Positions 1 through 16,000 of a DNA stretch of 64,000 nt are shown here, piece after piece. Under the pieces are notes generated by a model. That model was given only the letters and a program-made list of their open reading frames with translations, did not search any database and was not told where the DNA came from. This DNA comes from Eledone cirrhosa (Eukaryota). Location of the stretch: assembly GCA_964016885.1 (NCBI GenBank), contig CAXHJY010000161.1:1-64000 (forward strand). Direction: 5' to 3'. Position numbers and translations under genes: made by a program. Each line of letters starts with the position of its first letter. Position 1 is the first letter of the stretch.

Positions 1-109
1 AACACTGGCACTGACACAGAAAACAGCAACAACAACAACACTGGCACTGACACAGAAAACAGCAACAACAACAACACTGGCACTGACACAGAAAACTGCA
101 ACAACAACA

Positions 110-3100
110 ACACCGGCACTGACACAGAAAACAGCAACAACTACAACAACACTGGCACTGACAGAGAAAACAGCAACAGCTACAACAACACTGGCACTGA
201 CAGAGAAAACAGCAACAACAACAACACTGGCACTGACACAGAAAACAGCAACAACAACAACACTGGCACTGACACAGAAAACAGCAACAACAACAACACT
301 GGCACTGACAGAGAAAACAGCAACAACAACAACACCGGCACTGACACAGAAAACAGCAACAACTACAACAACACTGGCACTGACAGAGAAAACAGCAACA
401 ACTACAACAACACTGGCACTGACAGAGAAAACAGCAACAACAACAACACTGGCACTGACACAGAAAACAGCAACAACAACAACACTGGCACTGACACAGA
501 AAACAGCAACAACAACAACACTGGCACTGACAGAGAAAACAGCAACAACTACAACAACACTGGCACTGACAGAGAAAACAGCAACAACTACAACAACACT
601 GGCACTGACACAGAAAACAGCAACAACTACAACAACACTGGCACTGACACAGAAAACAGCAACAACAACAACACTGGCACTGGCACAGAAAACAGCAACA
701 ACAACAACACTGGCACTGACACTGAAAACAGCAACAACAACAACACTGGCACTGACAGAGAAAACAGCAACAACAACAACACCGGCACTGACACAGAAAA
801 CAGCAACAACTACAACAACACTGGCACTGACAGAGAAAACAGCAACAACAACAACACTGGCACTGACAGAGAAAACAGCAACAACTACAACAACACTGGC
901 ACTGACAGAGAAAACAGCAACAACTACAACAACACTGGCACTGACAGAGAAAACAGCAACAACTACAACAACACTGGCACTGACACAGAAAACAGCAACA
1001 ACTACAACAACACTGGCACTGACACAGAAAACAGCAACAGCTACAACAACACTGGCACTGACAGAGAAAACAGCAACAACAACAACACTGGCACTGACAC
1101 AGAAAACAGCAACAACTACAACAACACTGGCACTGACAGTGAAAATAGCAACAACAACACTGGCACTGACACAGAAAAGAGCAACAACAACAACACTGGC
1201 ACTGACACAGAAAACAGCAACAACAGCAACAACACTGGCACTGACACAGAAAACAGCAACAATTACAACAACACTGGCACTGACAGAGAAAACAGCAACA
1301 ACTACAACAACACTGGCACTGACAGAGAAAACAGCAACAACAAAAACACTGGCACTGACACAGAAAACAGCAACAACTACAACAACACTGGCACTGACAG
1401 AGAAAACAGCAACAACTACAACAACACTGGCAGTGACAGAGAAAACAGCAACAGCAACAACACTGGCACTGACACAGAAAACAGCAACAACAACAACACT
1501 GGCACTGACACAGAAAACAGCAACAACTACAACAACACTGGTACTGACAGAGAAAACAGCAACAACTACAACACTGGCACTGACAGACAAAACAGCAACA
1601 ACAACAACAACACTGGCACTGACAGAGAAAACAGCAACCACTACAACAACACTGGCACTGACACAGAAAACAGCAACAACTACAACAACACTGGCACTGA
1701 CACAGAAAACAGCAACAACTACAACAACACTGGCACTGACAGAGAAAACAGCAACAACAACACTGGCACTGACACAGAAAACAGCAACAACTACAAGAAC
1801 ACTGGCACTGACAGAGAAAACAGCAACAACTACAACAACACTGGCACTGACAGAGAAAACAGCAACAACTACAACAACACAGGCACTGACACAGAAAACA
1901 GCAACAACTACAACAACACTGGCACTGACACAGAAAACAGCAACAACTACAACAACACTGGCACTGACAGAGAAAACAGCAACAACAACAACACTGGCAT
2001 TGACACAGAAAACAGCAACAACTACAACAACACTGGCACTGACAGAGAAAACAGCAACAACTACAACAACACTGGCACTGACAGAGAAAACAGCAACAAC
2101 TACAACAACACTGGCACTGATACAGAAAAAAGCAACAACTACAACAACACTGGCACTGACACAGAAAACAGCAACAACTACAACAACACTGGCACTGACA
2201 CAGAAAACAGCAACAACAACAACACTGGCACTGACAGAGAAAACAGCAACAACAACAACACCGGCACTGACACGGAAAACAGCAACAACTACAACAACAC
2301 TGGCACGGAAAACAGCAACAACAGCAACAACAACACTTGCACTGACACAGAAAACAGCAACAACAGCAACAATAACCGTGGCACTGACACAGAAAACAGC
2401 AACAACAACAACACTGGCACTGACAGTGAAAATAGCAACAGCAACAACACTGGCACTGACAGAGAAAACAGCAACAACAACAACACTGGCACTGACACAG
2501 AAAACAGCAACAACAACAACACTGTCACTGACACAGAAAACAGCAAAAACTACAACAACACTGGCACTGACAGAGAAAACAGCAACAACAACAGTGGCAC
2601 TGACACAGAAAACAGCAACAACTACAACAACACTGGCACTGACAGTGAAAACAGCAACAACAACAACACTGGCACTGACACAGAAAACAGCAACAACTAC
2701 AACAACACTGGCAATAACACAGAAAACAGCAACAACTACAACATCACTGGCACTGACAGAGAAAACAGCAACAGCAACAACACTGGCACTGACAGTGGAA
2801 ATAGCAACAACAACAACACTGGCACTGACACAGAAAACAGCAACAACAACCCTGGCACTGACACAGAAAACAGCAACAACTACAACAACACTGGCACTGA
2901 CAGAAAAAACAGCAACTACAACACTGGCACTGACAGAGAAAACAGCAGCAACAACAACAACACTGGCACTGACAGCGAAAACAGCAACAACTACAACAAC
3001 ACTGGCACTGACACAGAAAACAGCAACAACTACAACAACACTGGCACTGACAGAGAAAACAGCAACAACTACAACAACACTGGCACTGACAGAGAAAGCA

Positions 3101-4735
3101 GCAACAACTACAACAACACTGGCACTGAAAGAGAAAACAGCAACAACTACAACAACACTGGCACTGACACAGAAAACAGCAACAACTACAACAACTCTGG
3201 CACTGACAGAGAAAACAGCAACAACTACAACAACACTGGCACTGACACAGAAAACAGCAACAACTACAACAACACTGGCACTGACACAGAAAACAGCAAC
3301 AACAACAACACTGGCACTGACAGAGAAAACAGCAACAACAACAACACCGGCACTGACACAGAAAACAGCAACAACTACAACAACACTGGCACTGACAGAG
3401 AAAACAGCAACAACTACAACAACACTGGCACTGACAGAGAAAAGAGCAACAACAACAACACTGGCACTGACACAGAAAACAGCAACAACAACAACACTGG
3501 CACTGACACAGAAAACAGCAACAACAACAACACTGGCACTGACAGAGAAAACAGCAACAACAACAACACCGGCACTGACACAGAAAACAGCAACAACTAC
3601 AACAACACTGGCACTGACAGAGAAAACAGCAACAACTACAACAACACTGGCACTGACAGAGAAAACAGCAACAACAACAACACTGGCACTGACACAGAAA
3701 ACAGCAACAACAACAACACTGGCACTGACACAGAAAACAGCAACAACAACAACACTGGCACTGACAGAGAAAACAGCAACAACTACAACAACACTGGCAC
3801 TGACAGAGAAAACAGCAACAACTACAACAACACTGGCACTGACACAGAAAACAGCAACAACTACAACAACACTGGCACTGACACAGAAAACAGCAACAAC
3901 AACAACACTGGCACTGGCACAGAAAACAGCAACAACAACAACACTGGCACTGACACAGAAAACAGCAACAACAACAACACTGGCACTGACAGAGAAAACA
4001 GCAACAACAACAACACCGGCACTGACACAGAAAACAGCAACAACTACAACAACACTGGCACTGACAGAGAAAACAGCAACAACAACAACACTGGCACTGA
4101 CAGAGAAAACAGCAACAACTACAACAACACTGGCACTGACAGAGAAAACAGCAACAACTACAACAACACTGGCACTGACAGAGAAAACAGCAACAACTAC
4201 AACAACACTGGCACTGACACAGAAAACAGCAACAACTACAACAACACTGGCACTGACACAGAAAACAGCAACAGCTACAACAACACTGACACTGACAGAG
4301 AAAACAGCAACAACAACAACACTGGCACTGACACAGAAAACAGCAACAACTACAACAACACTGGCACTGACAGTGAAAATAGCAACAACAACACTGGCAC
4401 TGACACAGAAAACAGCAACAACAACAACACTGGCACTGACACAGAAAACAGCAACAACAGCAACAACACTGGCACTGACACAGAAAACAGCAACAATTAC
4501 AACAACACTGGCACTGACAGAGAAAACAGCAACAACTACAACAACACTGGCACTGACAGAGAAAACAGCAACAACAAAAACACTGGCACTGACACAGAAA
4601 ACAGCAACAACTACAACAACACTGGCACTGACAGAGAAAACAGCAACAACTACAACAACACTGGCAGTGACAGAGAAAACAGCAACAGCAACAACACTGG
4701 CACTGACACAGAATACAGCAACAACAACAACACTG
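110..4735. repeat. Direct duplication at 3234-bp spacing (about 110-1500 matches about 3345-4735)
   Basis: Identical minus-strand ORFs at 180/3414 and 627/3861; gtgaaaatagc at 1139/4373; ggcagtgac at 1429/4663. Confidence 0.8.
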
Positions 4736-7700
4736 GCACTGACAGAGAAAACAGCAACAACAACAGTGGCACTGACAGAGAAAACAGCAACAACAACAAC
4801 ACTGGCACTGACAGAGAAAACAACAACAACAACACTCGCACTGACAGAGAAAACAGCAACAACAACAACACTGGCACAGACACAGAAGACAGCAACAACA
4901 ACAGTGGCACTGACACAGAAAACAGCAACAACAACAACACTGGCACTGACACAGAAAACAGAAACAACTACAACAACACTGGCACTGACAGAGAAAGCAG
5001 CAACAACTACAACAACACTGGCACTGACAGAGAAAACAGCAACAGCAACAACACTGGCACTGACACAGAAAACAGAAACAACTACAACAACACTGGCACT
5101 AACACAGAAAACAGCAACAACTACAACACTGGCACTGACACAGAAAACAGCAACAACTACAACAACACTGGCACTGACAGAGAAAACAGCAACAACAACA
5201 ACACTGGCATTGACAGAGAAAACAGCAGCAACAACAACAACACTGGCACTGACAGAGAAAACAGCAACAACAACACTGGCACTGACACAGAAAACAGCAA
5301 CAACTACAACAACACTGGCACTGACAGAGAAAACAGCAACAACTACAACAACACTGGCACTGACAGAGAAAACAGCAACAACTACAACAACACTGGCACT
5401 GACACAGTAAACAGCAACAACTACAACAACACTGGCACTGACACAGAAAACAGCAACAGCTACAACAACACTGGCACTGACAGAGAAAACAGCAACAACA
5501 ACAACACTGGCACTGACACAGAAAACAGCAACAACTACAACAACACTGGCACTGACAGTGAAAATAGCAACAACCACACTGGCACTGACACAGAAAACAG
5601 CAACAACAACAACACTGGCACTGACACAGAAAACAGCAACAACAGCAACAACACTGGCACTGACACAGAAAACAGCAACAATTACAACAACACTGGCACT
5701 GACAGAGAAAACAGCAACAACTACAACAACACTGGCACTGACACAGAAAACAGCAACAACTACAACAACACTGGCACTGACACAGAAAACAGCAACAACA
5801 ACAACACTGGCACTGACAGAGAAAACAGCAACAACAACACTGGCACTGACAGAGAAAACAGCAACAACAACAACACTGGCACAGACACAGAAAACAGCAA
5901 CAACAACAGTGGCACTGACACAGAAAACAGCAACAACTACAACAACACTGGCACTGACAGAGAAAACAGCAACAACAACAACACTGGCACTGACACAGAA
6001 AACAGCAACAACTACAACAACACTGGCACTGACAGAGAAAACAGCAACAACTACAACAACACTGGCACTGACAGAGAAAATAGCAACAACTACAACAACA
6101 CTGGCACTGACACAGAAAACAGCAACAACTACAACAACACTGGCACTGACACATAAAACAGCAACAGCTACAACAACACTGGCACTGACAGAGAAAACAG
6201 CAACAACAACAACACTGGCACTGACACAGAAAACAGCAACAACTACAACAACACTGGCACTGACAGTGAAAATAGCAACAACAAAAACACTGGCACTGAC
6301 ACAGAAAACAGCAACAACTACAACAACACTGGCACTGACAGAGAAAACAGCAACAACTACAACAACACTGGCAGTGACAGAGAAAACAGCAACAGCAACA
6401 ACACTGGCACTGACACAGAAAACAGCAACAACAACAACACTGGCACTGACAGAGAAAACAGCAACAACAACAGTGGCACTGACAGAGAAAACAGCAACAA
6501 CAACAACACTGGCACTGACAGAGAAAACAACAACAACAACACTCGCACTGACAGAGAAAACAGCAACAACAACAACACTGGCACAGACACAGAAGACAGC
6601 AACAACAACAGTGGCACTGACACAGAAAACAGCAACAACAACAACACTGGCACTGACACAGAAAACAGAAACAACTACAACAACACTGGCACTGACAGAG
6701 AAAGCAGCAACAACTACAACAACACTGGCACTGACAGAGAAAACAGCAACAGCAACAACACTGGCACTGACACAGAAAACAGAAACAACTACAACAACAC
6801 TGGCATTAACACAGAAAACAGCAACGACTACAACACTGGCACTGACAGAGAAAACAGCAACAACAACAACACTGGCATTGACAGAGAAAACAGCAGCAAC
6901 AACAACAACACTGGCACTGACAGAGAAAACAGCAACAACAACACTGGCACTGACACAGAAAACAGCAACAACTACAACAACACTGGCACTGACAGAGAAA
7001 ACAGCAACAACTACAACAACACTGGCACTGACAGAGAAAACAGCAACAACTACAACAACACTGGCACTGACACAGTAAACAGCAACAACTACAACAACAC
7101 TGGCACTGACACAGAAAACAGCAACAGCTACAACAACACTGGCACTGACAGAGAAAACAGCAACAACAACAACACTGGCACTGACACAGAAAACAGCAAC
7201 AACTACAACAACACTGGCACTGACAGTGAAAATAGCAACAACAACACTGGCACTGACACAGAAAACAGCAACAACAACAACACTGGCACTGACACAGAAA
7301 ACAGCAACAACAGCAACAACACTGGCACTGACACAGAAAACAGCAACAATTACAACAACACTGGCACTGACAGAGAAAACAGCAACAACTACAACAACAC
7401 TGGCACTGACACAGAAAACAGCAACAACTACAACAACACTGGCACTGACACAGAAAACAGCAACAACAACAACACTGGCACTGACAGAGAAAACAGCAAC
7501 AACAACACTGGCACTGACAGAGAAAACAGCAACAACAACAACACTGGCACAGACACAGAAAACAGCAACAACAACAGTGGCACTGACACAGAAAACAGCA
7601 ACAACTACAACAACACTGGCACTGACAGAGAAAACAGCAACAACAACAACACTGGCACTGACACAGAAAACAGCAACAACTACAACAACACTGGCACTGA

Positions 7701-7960
7701 CAGAGAAAACAGCAACAACTACAACAACACTGGCACTGACAGAGAAAATAGCAACAACTACAACAACACTGGCACTGACACAGAAAACAGCAACAACTAC
7801 AACAACACTGGCACTGACACAGAAAACAGCAACAGCTACAACAACACTGGCACTGACAGAGAAAACAGCAACAACAACAACACTGGCACTGACACAGAAA
7901 ACAGCAACAACTACAACAACACTGGCACTGACATTAAAAATAGCAACAACATCACTGGCA
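4560..7960. repeat. Tandem duplication of an approximately 1.67-1.71 kb block
   Basis: ORFs 4650/6357 (+1707), TAA variant 5408/7076 (+1668), GTG variant 5558/7226 (+1668); both copies share the rare actcgc and gaagac variants. Confidence 0.82.
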
Positions 7961-10900
7961 CTGACACAAAAAACAGCAACAACAGCAACAACACTGGCAC
8001 TGACACAGAAAACAGCAACAATTACAATTACACTGGCACTGACAGAGAAAACAGCAACAACTACAACAACACTGGCACTGACAGAGAAAACAGCAACAAC
8101 AAAAACACTGGCACTGACACAGAAAACAGCAACAACTACAACAACACTGGCACTGACAGAGAAAACGGCAACAACTACAACAACACTGGCACTGACAGAG
8201 AAAACAGCAACAACTACAACAACACTGGCACTGACAGAGAAAACAGCAACAACAACACTGGCACTGACACAGAAAACAGCAACAACTACAAGAACACTGG
8301 CACTGACAGAGAAAACAGCAACAACTACAACAACACTGGCACTGACAGAGAAAACAGCAACAACTACAACAACACTGGCACTGACACAGAAAACAGCAAC
8401 AACTACAACAACACTGGCACTGACACAGAAAACAGCAACAACTACAACAACACTGGCACTGACAGAGAAAACAGCAACAACAACAACACTGGCATTGACA
8501 CAGAAAACAGCAACAACTACAACAACACTGGCACTGACAGAGAAAACAGCAACAACTACAACAACACTGGCACTGACAGAGAAAACAGCAACAACTACAA
8601 CAACACTGGCACTGACACAGAAAACAGCAACAACTACATCAACACTGGCACTGACACAGAAAACAGCAACAACAACAACAACACTGGCACTGACACAGAA
8701 AACAGCAACAACAACACTGGCACTGACACAGACAACAGCAACAACTAAAACACTGGCACTGACAGAGAAAACAGCAACAACAACAACACCCAACACTGAC
8801 ACAGAAAACAGCAACAACTACAACAACACTGGCACGGAAAACAGCAACAACAGCAACAACAACACTGGCACTGACACAGAAAACAGCAACAACAACACTG
8901 GCACTGACACAGAAAACAGCAACAACAGCAACAATAAACGTGGCACTGACACAGAAAACAGCAACAACAGCAACAATAACACTGGCACTGGCACAGAAAA
9001 CAGCAACAGCAACACTGGAACTGACACAGAAAACAGCAACAGTAACAACAACAACACTGGCACTGACAAAGAAAACAGCAACAACAACAACACTGGCACT
9101 GACACAGAAAACAAAAACAACAACAACACTGGCACTGACAGTGAAAATAGCAACAGCAACAACACTGGCACTGACAGAGAAAACAGCAACAACAACAACA
9201 CCGGCACTGACACAGAAAACAGCAACAACAACAACACTGGCACTGACACAGAAAACAGCAAAAACTACAACAACACTGGCACTGACAGAGAAAACAGCAA
9301 CAACAACAGTGGCACTGACACAGAAAACAGCAACAACTACAACAACACTGGCACTGACAGAGAAAACAGCAACAACAACAACACTGGCACTGACACAGAA
9401 AACAGCAACAACTACAACAACACTGGCACGGACAGAGAAAGCAGCAACAACTACAACAACACTGGCACTGACTGAGAAAACAGCAACAACATCAACACTG
9501 GCACTGACACAGAAAACAGCAACAACTACAACAACACTGGCACTAACACAGAAAACAGCAACAACTACAACATCACTGGCACTGACAGAGAAAACAGCAA
9601 CAGCAACAACACTGGCACTGACAGAGAAAATAGCAACAAAAACAACACTGGCACTGACACAGAAAACAGCAACAACAACAACACTGGCACTGACACAGAA
9701 AACAGCAACAACTACAACAACACTGGCACTGACAGAAAAAACAGCAACAACTACAACAACACTGGCACTGACAGAGAAAACAGCAACAACAAAAACACTG
9801 GCACTGACACAGAAAACAACAACAACTACAACAACACTGGCACTGACAGAGAAAACAGCAACAACAACAACACTGGCACTGACACAGAAAACAGCAACAA
9901 CTACAACAACACTGGCACTGACAGACAAAACAGCAACAACTACAACAACACTGGCACTGACAGAGAAAACAGCAACAACTACAACAACACTGGCACTGAC
10001 ACTGAAAAAAGCAACAACTACAACAACACTGGCACTGACACAGAAAACAGCAACAACAACAACACTGGCACTGACACAGAAAACAGCAACAACAAAAACA
10101 CTGGCACTGACAGAGAAAACAGCAACAACAACAACACTGGCACTGACAGAGATACAGCAACAACAACAACACCGGCACTGACACAGAAAACAGCAACAAC
10201 TACAACAACACTGGCACTGACAGAGAAAACAGCAACAACTACAACAACACTGGCACTGACAGAGAAAACAGCAACAACAACACTGGCACTGACACAAAAA
10301 ACAGCAACAACTACAACACTGGCACTGACAGAGAAAACAGCAACAGCAACAACACTGGCACTGACACAGAAAACAGCAACAACAGCAACAACAACACTGG
10401 CACTGACAGAGAAAACCGCAACAACAACACTGGCACTGACACAGAAAACAGCAACAACTACAACAACACTGGCACTGACAGAGAAAACAGCAACAACTAC
10501 AACAACACTGGCACTGACACAGAAAACAGCAACAACTACAACAACACTGGCACTGACAGAGAAAACACCAACAACAACACTGGCACTGACACAGAAAACA
10601 GCAACAACTACAACAACACTGGCACTGACAGAGAAAACAGCAACAACTACAACAACACTGGCACTGACAGAGAAAACAGCAACAACTACAACAACACTGG
10701 CACTGACACAGAAAACAACAACAACTACAACAACACTGGCACTGACACAGAAAACAGCAACAACAACAACACTGGCACTGACACAGAAAACAGCAACAAC
10801 TACAACAACACTGGCACTGACACAGAAAACAGCAACAACTACAACAACACTGGCACTGACAGTGAAAATAGCAACAACAACACTGGCACTGACACAGAAA

Positions 10901-13072
10901 ACAGCAACAACAACAACACTGGCACTGACACAGAAAACAGCAACAACAGCAACAACACTGGCACTGACACAGAAAACAGCAACAATTACAACAACACTGG
11001 CACTGACAGAGAAAACAGCAACAACTACAACAACACTGGCACTGACACAGAAAACAGCAACAACTACAACAACACTGGCACTGACACAGAAAACAGCAAC
11101 AACAACAACACTGGCACTGACAGAGAAAACAGCAACAACAACACTGGCACTGACAGAGAAAACAGCAACAACAACAACACTGGCACAGACACAGAAAACA
11201 GCAACAACAACAGTGGCACTGACACAGAAAACAGCAACAACTACAACAACACTGGCACTGACAGAGAAAACAGCAACAACAACAACACTGGCACTGACAC
11301 AGAAAACAGCAACAACTACAACAACACTGGCACTGACAGAGAAAACAGCAACAACTACAACAACACTGGCACTGACAGAGAAAATAGCAACAACTACAAC
11401 AACACTGGCACTGACACAGAAAACAGCAACAACTACAACAACACTGGCACTGACACAGAAAACAGCAACAGCTACAACAACACTGGCACTGACAGAGAAA
11501 ACAGCAACAACAACAACACTGGCACTGACACAGAAAACAGCAACAACTACAACAACACTGGCACTGACAGTGAAAATAGCAACATCACTGGCACTGACAC
11601 AGAAAACAGCAACAACTACAAGAACACTGGCACTGACAGAGAAAACAGCAACAACTACAACAACACTGGCACTGACAGAGAAAACAGCAACAACTACAAC
11701 AACACTGGAACTGACACAGAAAACAGCAACAACTACAACAACACTGGCACTGACACAGAAAACAGCAACAACTACAACAACACTGGCACTGACAGAGAAA
11801 ACAGCAACAACAACAACACTGGCATTGACACAGAAAACAGCAACAACTACAACAACACTGGCACTGACAGAGAAAACAGCAACAACTACAACAACACTGG
11901 CACTGACAGAGAAAACAGCAACAACTACAACAACACTGGCACTGACACAGAAAACAGCAACAACAACAACACCGACACTGACACAGAAAACAGCAACAAC
12001 TACAACAACACTGGCACGGAAAACAGCAACAACAGCAACAACAACTCTGGCACTGACACAGAAAACAGCAACAACAACACTGGCACTGACACAGAAAACA
12101 GCAACAACAGCAACAATAACCGTGGCACTGACACAGAAAACAGCAACAACAGCAACAATAACACTGGCACTGGCACAGAAAACAGCAACAGCAACACTGG
12201 AACTGACACAGAAAACAGCAACAGTAACAACAACAACACTGGCACTGACAAAGAAAACAGCAACAACAACAACACTGGCACTGACACAGAAAACAAAAAC
12301 AACAACAACACTGGCATTGACAGTGAAAATAACAACAGCAACAACACTGGCACTGACAGAGAAAACAGCAACAACAACAACACCGGCACTGACACAGAAA
12401 ACAGCAACAACAACAACACTGGCACTGACACAGAAAACAGCAAAAACTACAACAACACTGGCACTGACACAGAAAACAGAAACAACTACAACAACACTGG
12501 CACTGACAGAGAAAGCAGCAACAACTACAACACTGGCACTGACAGAGAAAACAGCAACAGCAACAACACTGGCACTGACACAGAAAACAGCAACAACTAC
12601 AACAACACTGGCACTAACACAGAAAACAGCAACAACTACAACACTGGCACTGACACAGAAAACAGCAACAACTACAACAACACTGGCACTGACAGAGAAA
12701 ACAGCAACAACAACAACACTGGCATTGACAGAGAAAACAGCAGCAACAACAACAACACTGGCACTGACAGAGAAAACAGCAACAACAACACTGGCACTGA
12801 CACAGAAAACAGCAACAACTACAACAACACTGGCACTGACAGAGAAAACAGCAACAACTACAACAACACTGGCACTGACAGAGAAAACAGCAACAACTAC
12901 AACAACACTGGCACTGACACAGTAAACAGCAACAACTACAACAACACTGGCACTGACACAGAAAACAGCAACAGCTACAACAACACTGGCACTGACAGAG
13001 AAAACAGCAACAACAACAACACTGGCACTGACACAGAAAACAGCAACAACTACAACAACACTGGCACTGACA

Positions 13073-16000
13073 GTGAAAATAGCAACAACAACACTGGCAC
13101 TGACACAGAAAACAGCAACAACAACAACACTGGCACTGACACAGAAAACAGCAACAACAGCAACAACACTGGCACTGACACAGAAAACAGCAACAATTAC
13201 AACAACACTGGCACTGACAGAGAAAACAGCAACAACTACAACAACACTGGCACTGACACAGAAAACAGCAACAACTACAACAACACTGGCACTGACACAG
13301 AAAACAGCAACAACAACAACACTGGCATTGACAGAGAAAACAGCAACAACAACACTGGCACTGACAGAGAAAACAGCAACAACAACAACACTGGCACAGA
13401 CACAGAAAACAGCAACAACAACAGTGGCACTGACACAGAAAACAGCAACAACTACAACAACAATGGCACTGACAGAGAAAACTGCAACAACAACAACACT
13501 GGCACTGACACAGAAAACAGCAACAACTACAACAACACTGGCACTGACAGAGAAAACAGCAACAACTACAACAACACTGGCACTGACAGAGAAAATAGCA
13601 ACAACTACAACAACACTGGCACTGACACAGAAAACAGCAACAACTACAACAACACTGGCACTGACACAGAAAACAGCAACAGCTACAACAACACTGGCAC
13701 TGACAGAGAAAACAGCAACAACAACAACACTGGCACTGACACAGAAAACAGCAACAACTACAACAACACTGGCACTGACAGTGAAAATAGCAACAACATC
13801 ACTGGCACTGACACAGAAAACAGCAACAACAACAACACTGGCACTGACACAAAAAACAGCAACAACAGCAACAACACTGGCACTGACACAGAAAACAGCA
13901 ACAATTACAACAACACTGGCACTGACAGAGAAAACAGCAACAACTACAACAACATTGGCACTGACAGAGAAAACAGCAACAACAAAAACACTGGCACTGA
14001 CACAGAAAACAGCAACAACTACAACAACACTGGCACTGACAGAGAAAACGGCAACAACTACAACAACACTGGCACTGACACAGAAAACAGCAACAACTAC
14101 AACAACACTGGCACTGACACAGAAAACAGCAACAACAACAACACTGGCATTGACAGAGAAAACAGCAACAACAACACTGGCACTGACAGAGAAAACAGCA
14201 ACAACAACAACACTGGCACAGACACAGAAAACAGCAACAACAACAGTGGCACTGACACAGAAAACAGCAACAACTACAACAACACTGGCACTGACAGAGA
14301 AAACTGCAACAACAACAACACTGGCACTGACACAGAAAACAGCAACAACTACAACAACACTGGCACTGACAGAGAAAACAGCAACAACTACAACAACACT
14401 GGCACTGACAGAGAAAATAGCAACAACTACAACAACACTTGCACTGACACAGAAAACAGCAACAACTACAACAACACTGGCACTGACACAGAAAACAGCA
14501 ACAGCTACAACAACACTGGCACTGACAGAGAAAACAGCAACAACAACAACACTGGCACTGACACAGAAAACAGCAACAACTACAACAACACTGGCACTGA
14601 CAGTGAAAATAGCAACAACATCACTGGCACTGACACAGAAAACAGCAACAACAACAACACTGGCACTGACACAAAAAACAGCAACAACAGCAACAACACT
14701 GGCACTGACACAGAAAACAGCAACAATTACAACAACACTGGCACTGACAGAGAAAACAGCAACAACTACAACAACACTGGCACTGACAGAGAAAACAGCA
14801 ACAACAAAAACACTGGCACTGACACAGAAAACAGCAACAACTACAACAACACTGGCACTGACAGAGAAAACGGCAACAACTACAACAACACTGGCACTGA
14901 CAGAGAAAACAGCAACAACTACAACAACACTGGCACTGACAGAGAAAACAGCAACAACAACACTGGCACTGACACAGAAAACAGCAACAACTACAAGAAC
15001 ACTGGCACTGACAGAGAAAACAGCAACAACTACAACAACACTGGCACTGACAGAGAAAACAGCAACAACTACAACAACACTGGCACTGACACAGAAAACA
15101 GCAACAACTACAACAACACTGGCACTGACACAGAAAACAGCAACAACTACAACAACACTGGCACTGACAGAGAAAACAGCAACAACAACAACACTGGCAT
15201 TGACACAGAAAACAGCAACAACTACAACAACACTGGCACTGACAGAGAAAACAGCAACAACTACAACAACACTGGCACTGACAGAGAAAACAGCAACAAC
15301 TACAACAACACTGGCACTGACACAGAAAACAGCAACAACTACAACAACACTGGCACTGACACAGAAAACAGCAACAACAACAACACTGGCACTGACACAG
15401 AAAACAGCAACAACAACACTGGCACTGACAGAGAAAACAGCAACAACACCGACACTGACACAGAAAACAGCAACAACTACAACAACACTGGCACGGAAAA
15501 CAGCAACAACAGCAACAACAACACTGGCACTGACACAGAAAACAGCAACAACAACACTGGCACTGACACAGAAAACAGCAACAACAGCAACAATAACCGT
15601 GGCACTGACACAGAAAACAGCAACAACAGCAACAATAACACTGGCACTGGCACAGAAAACAGCAACAGCAACACTGGAACTGACACAGAAAACAGCAACA
15701 GTAACAACAACAACACTGGCACTGACAAAGAAAACAGCAACAACAACAACACTGGCACTGACACAGAAAACAAAAACAACAACAACACTGGCACTGACAG
15801 TGAAAATAACAACAGCAACAACACTGGCACTGACAGAGAAAACAGCAACAACAACACCGGCACTGACACAGAAAACAGCAACAACAACAACACTGGCACT
15901 GACACAGAAAACAGCAAAAACTACAACAACACTGGCACTGACAGAGAAAACAGCAACAACAACAGTGGCACTGACACAGAAAACAGCAACAACTACAACA

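Noticed and set aside
10060-10105. RAG recombination signal or Transib-like motif (CACAG... plus ACAAAAACA)
   Set aside because: The heptamer is CACAGAA or CACAGTA rather than CACAGTG, and the spacer to the nonamer-like variant is about 10 bp, not 12 or 23. This is a chance resemblance in A/C-rich DNA.
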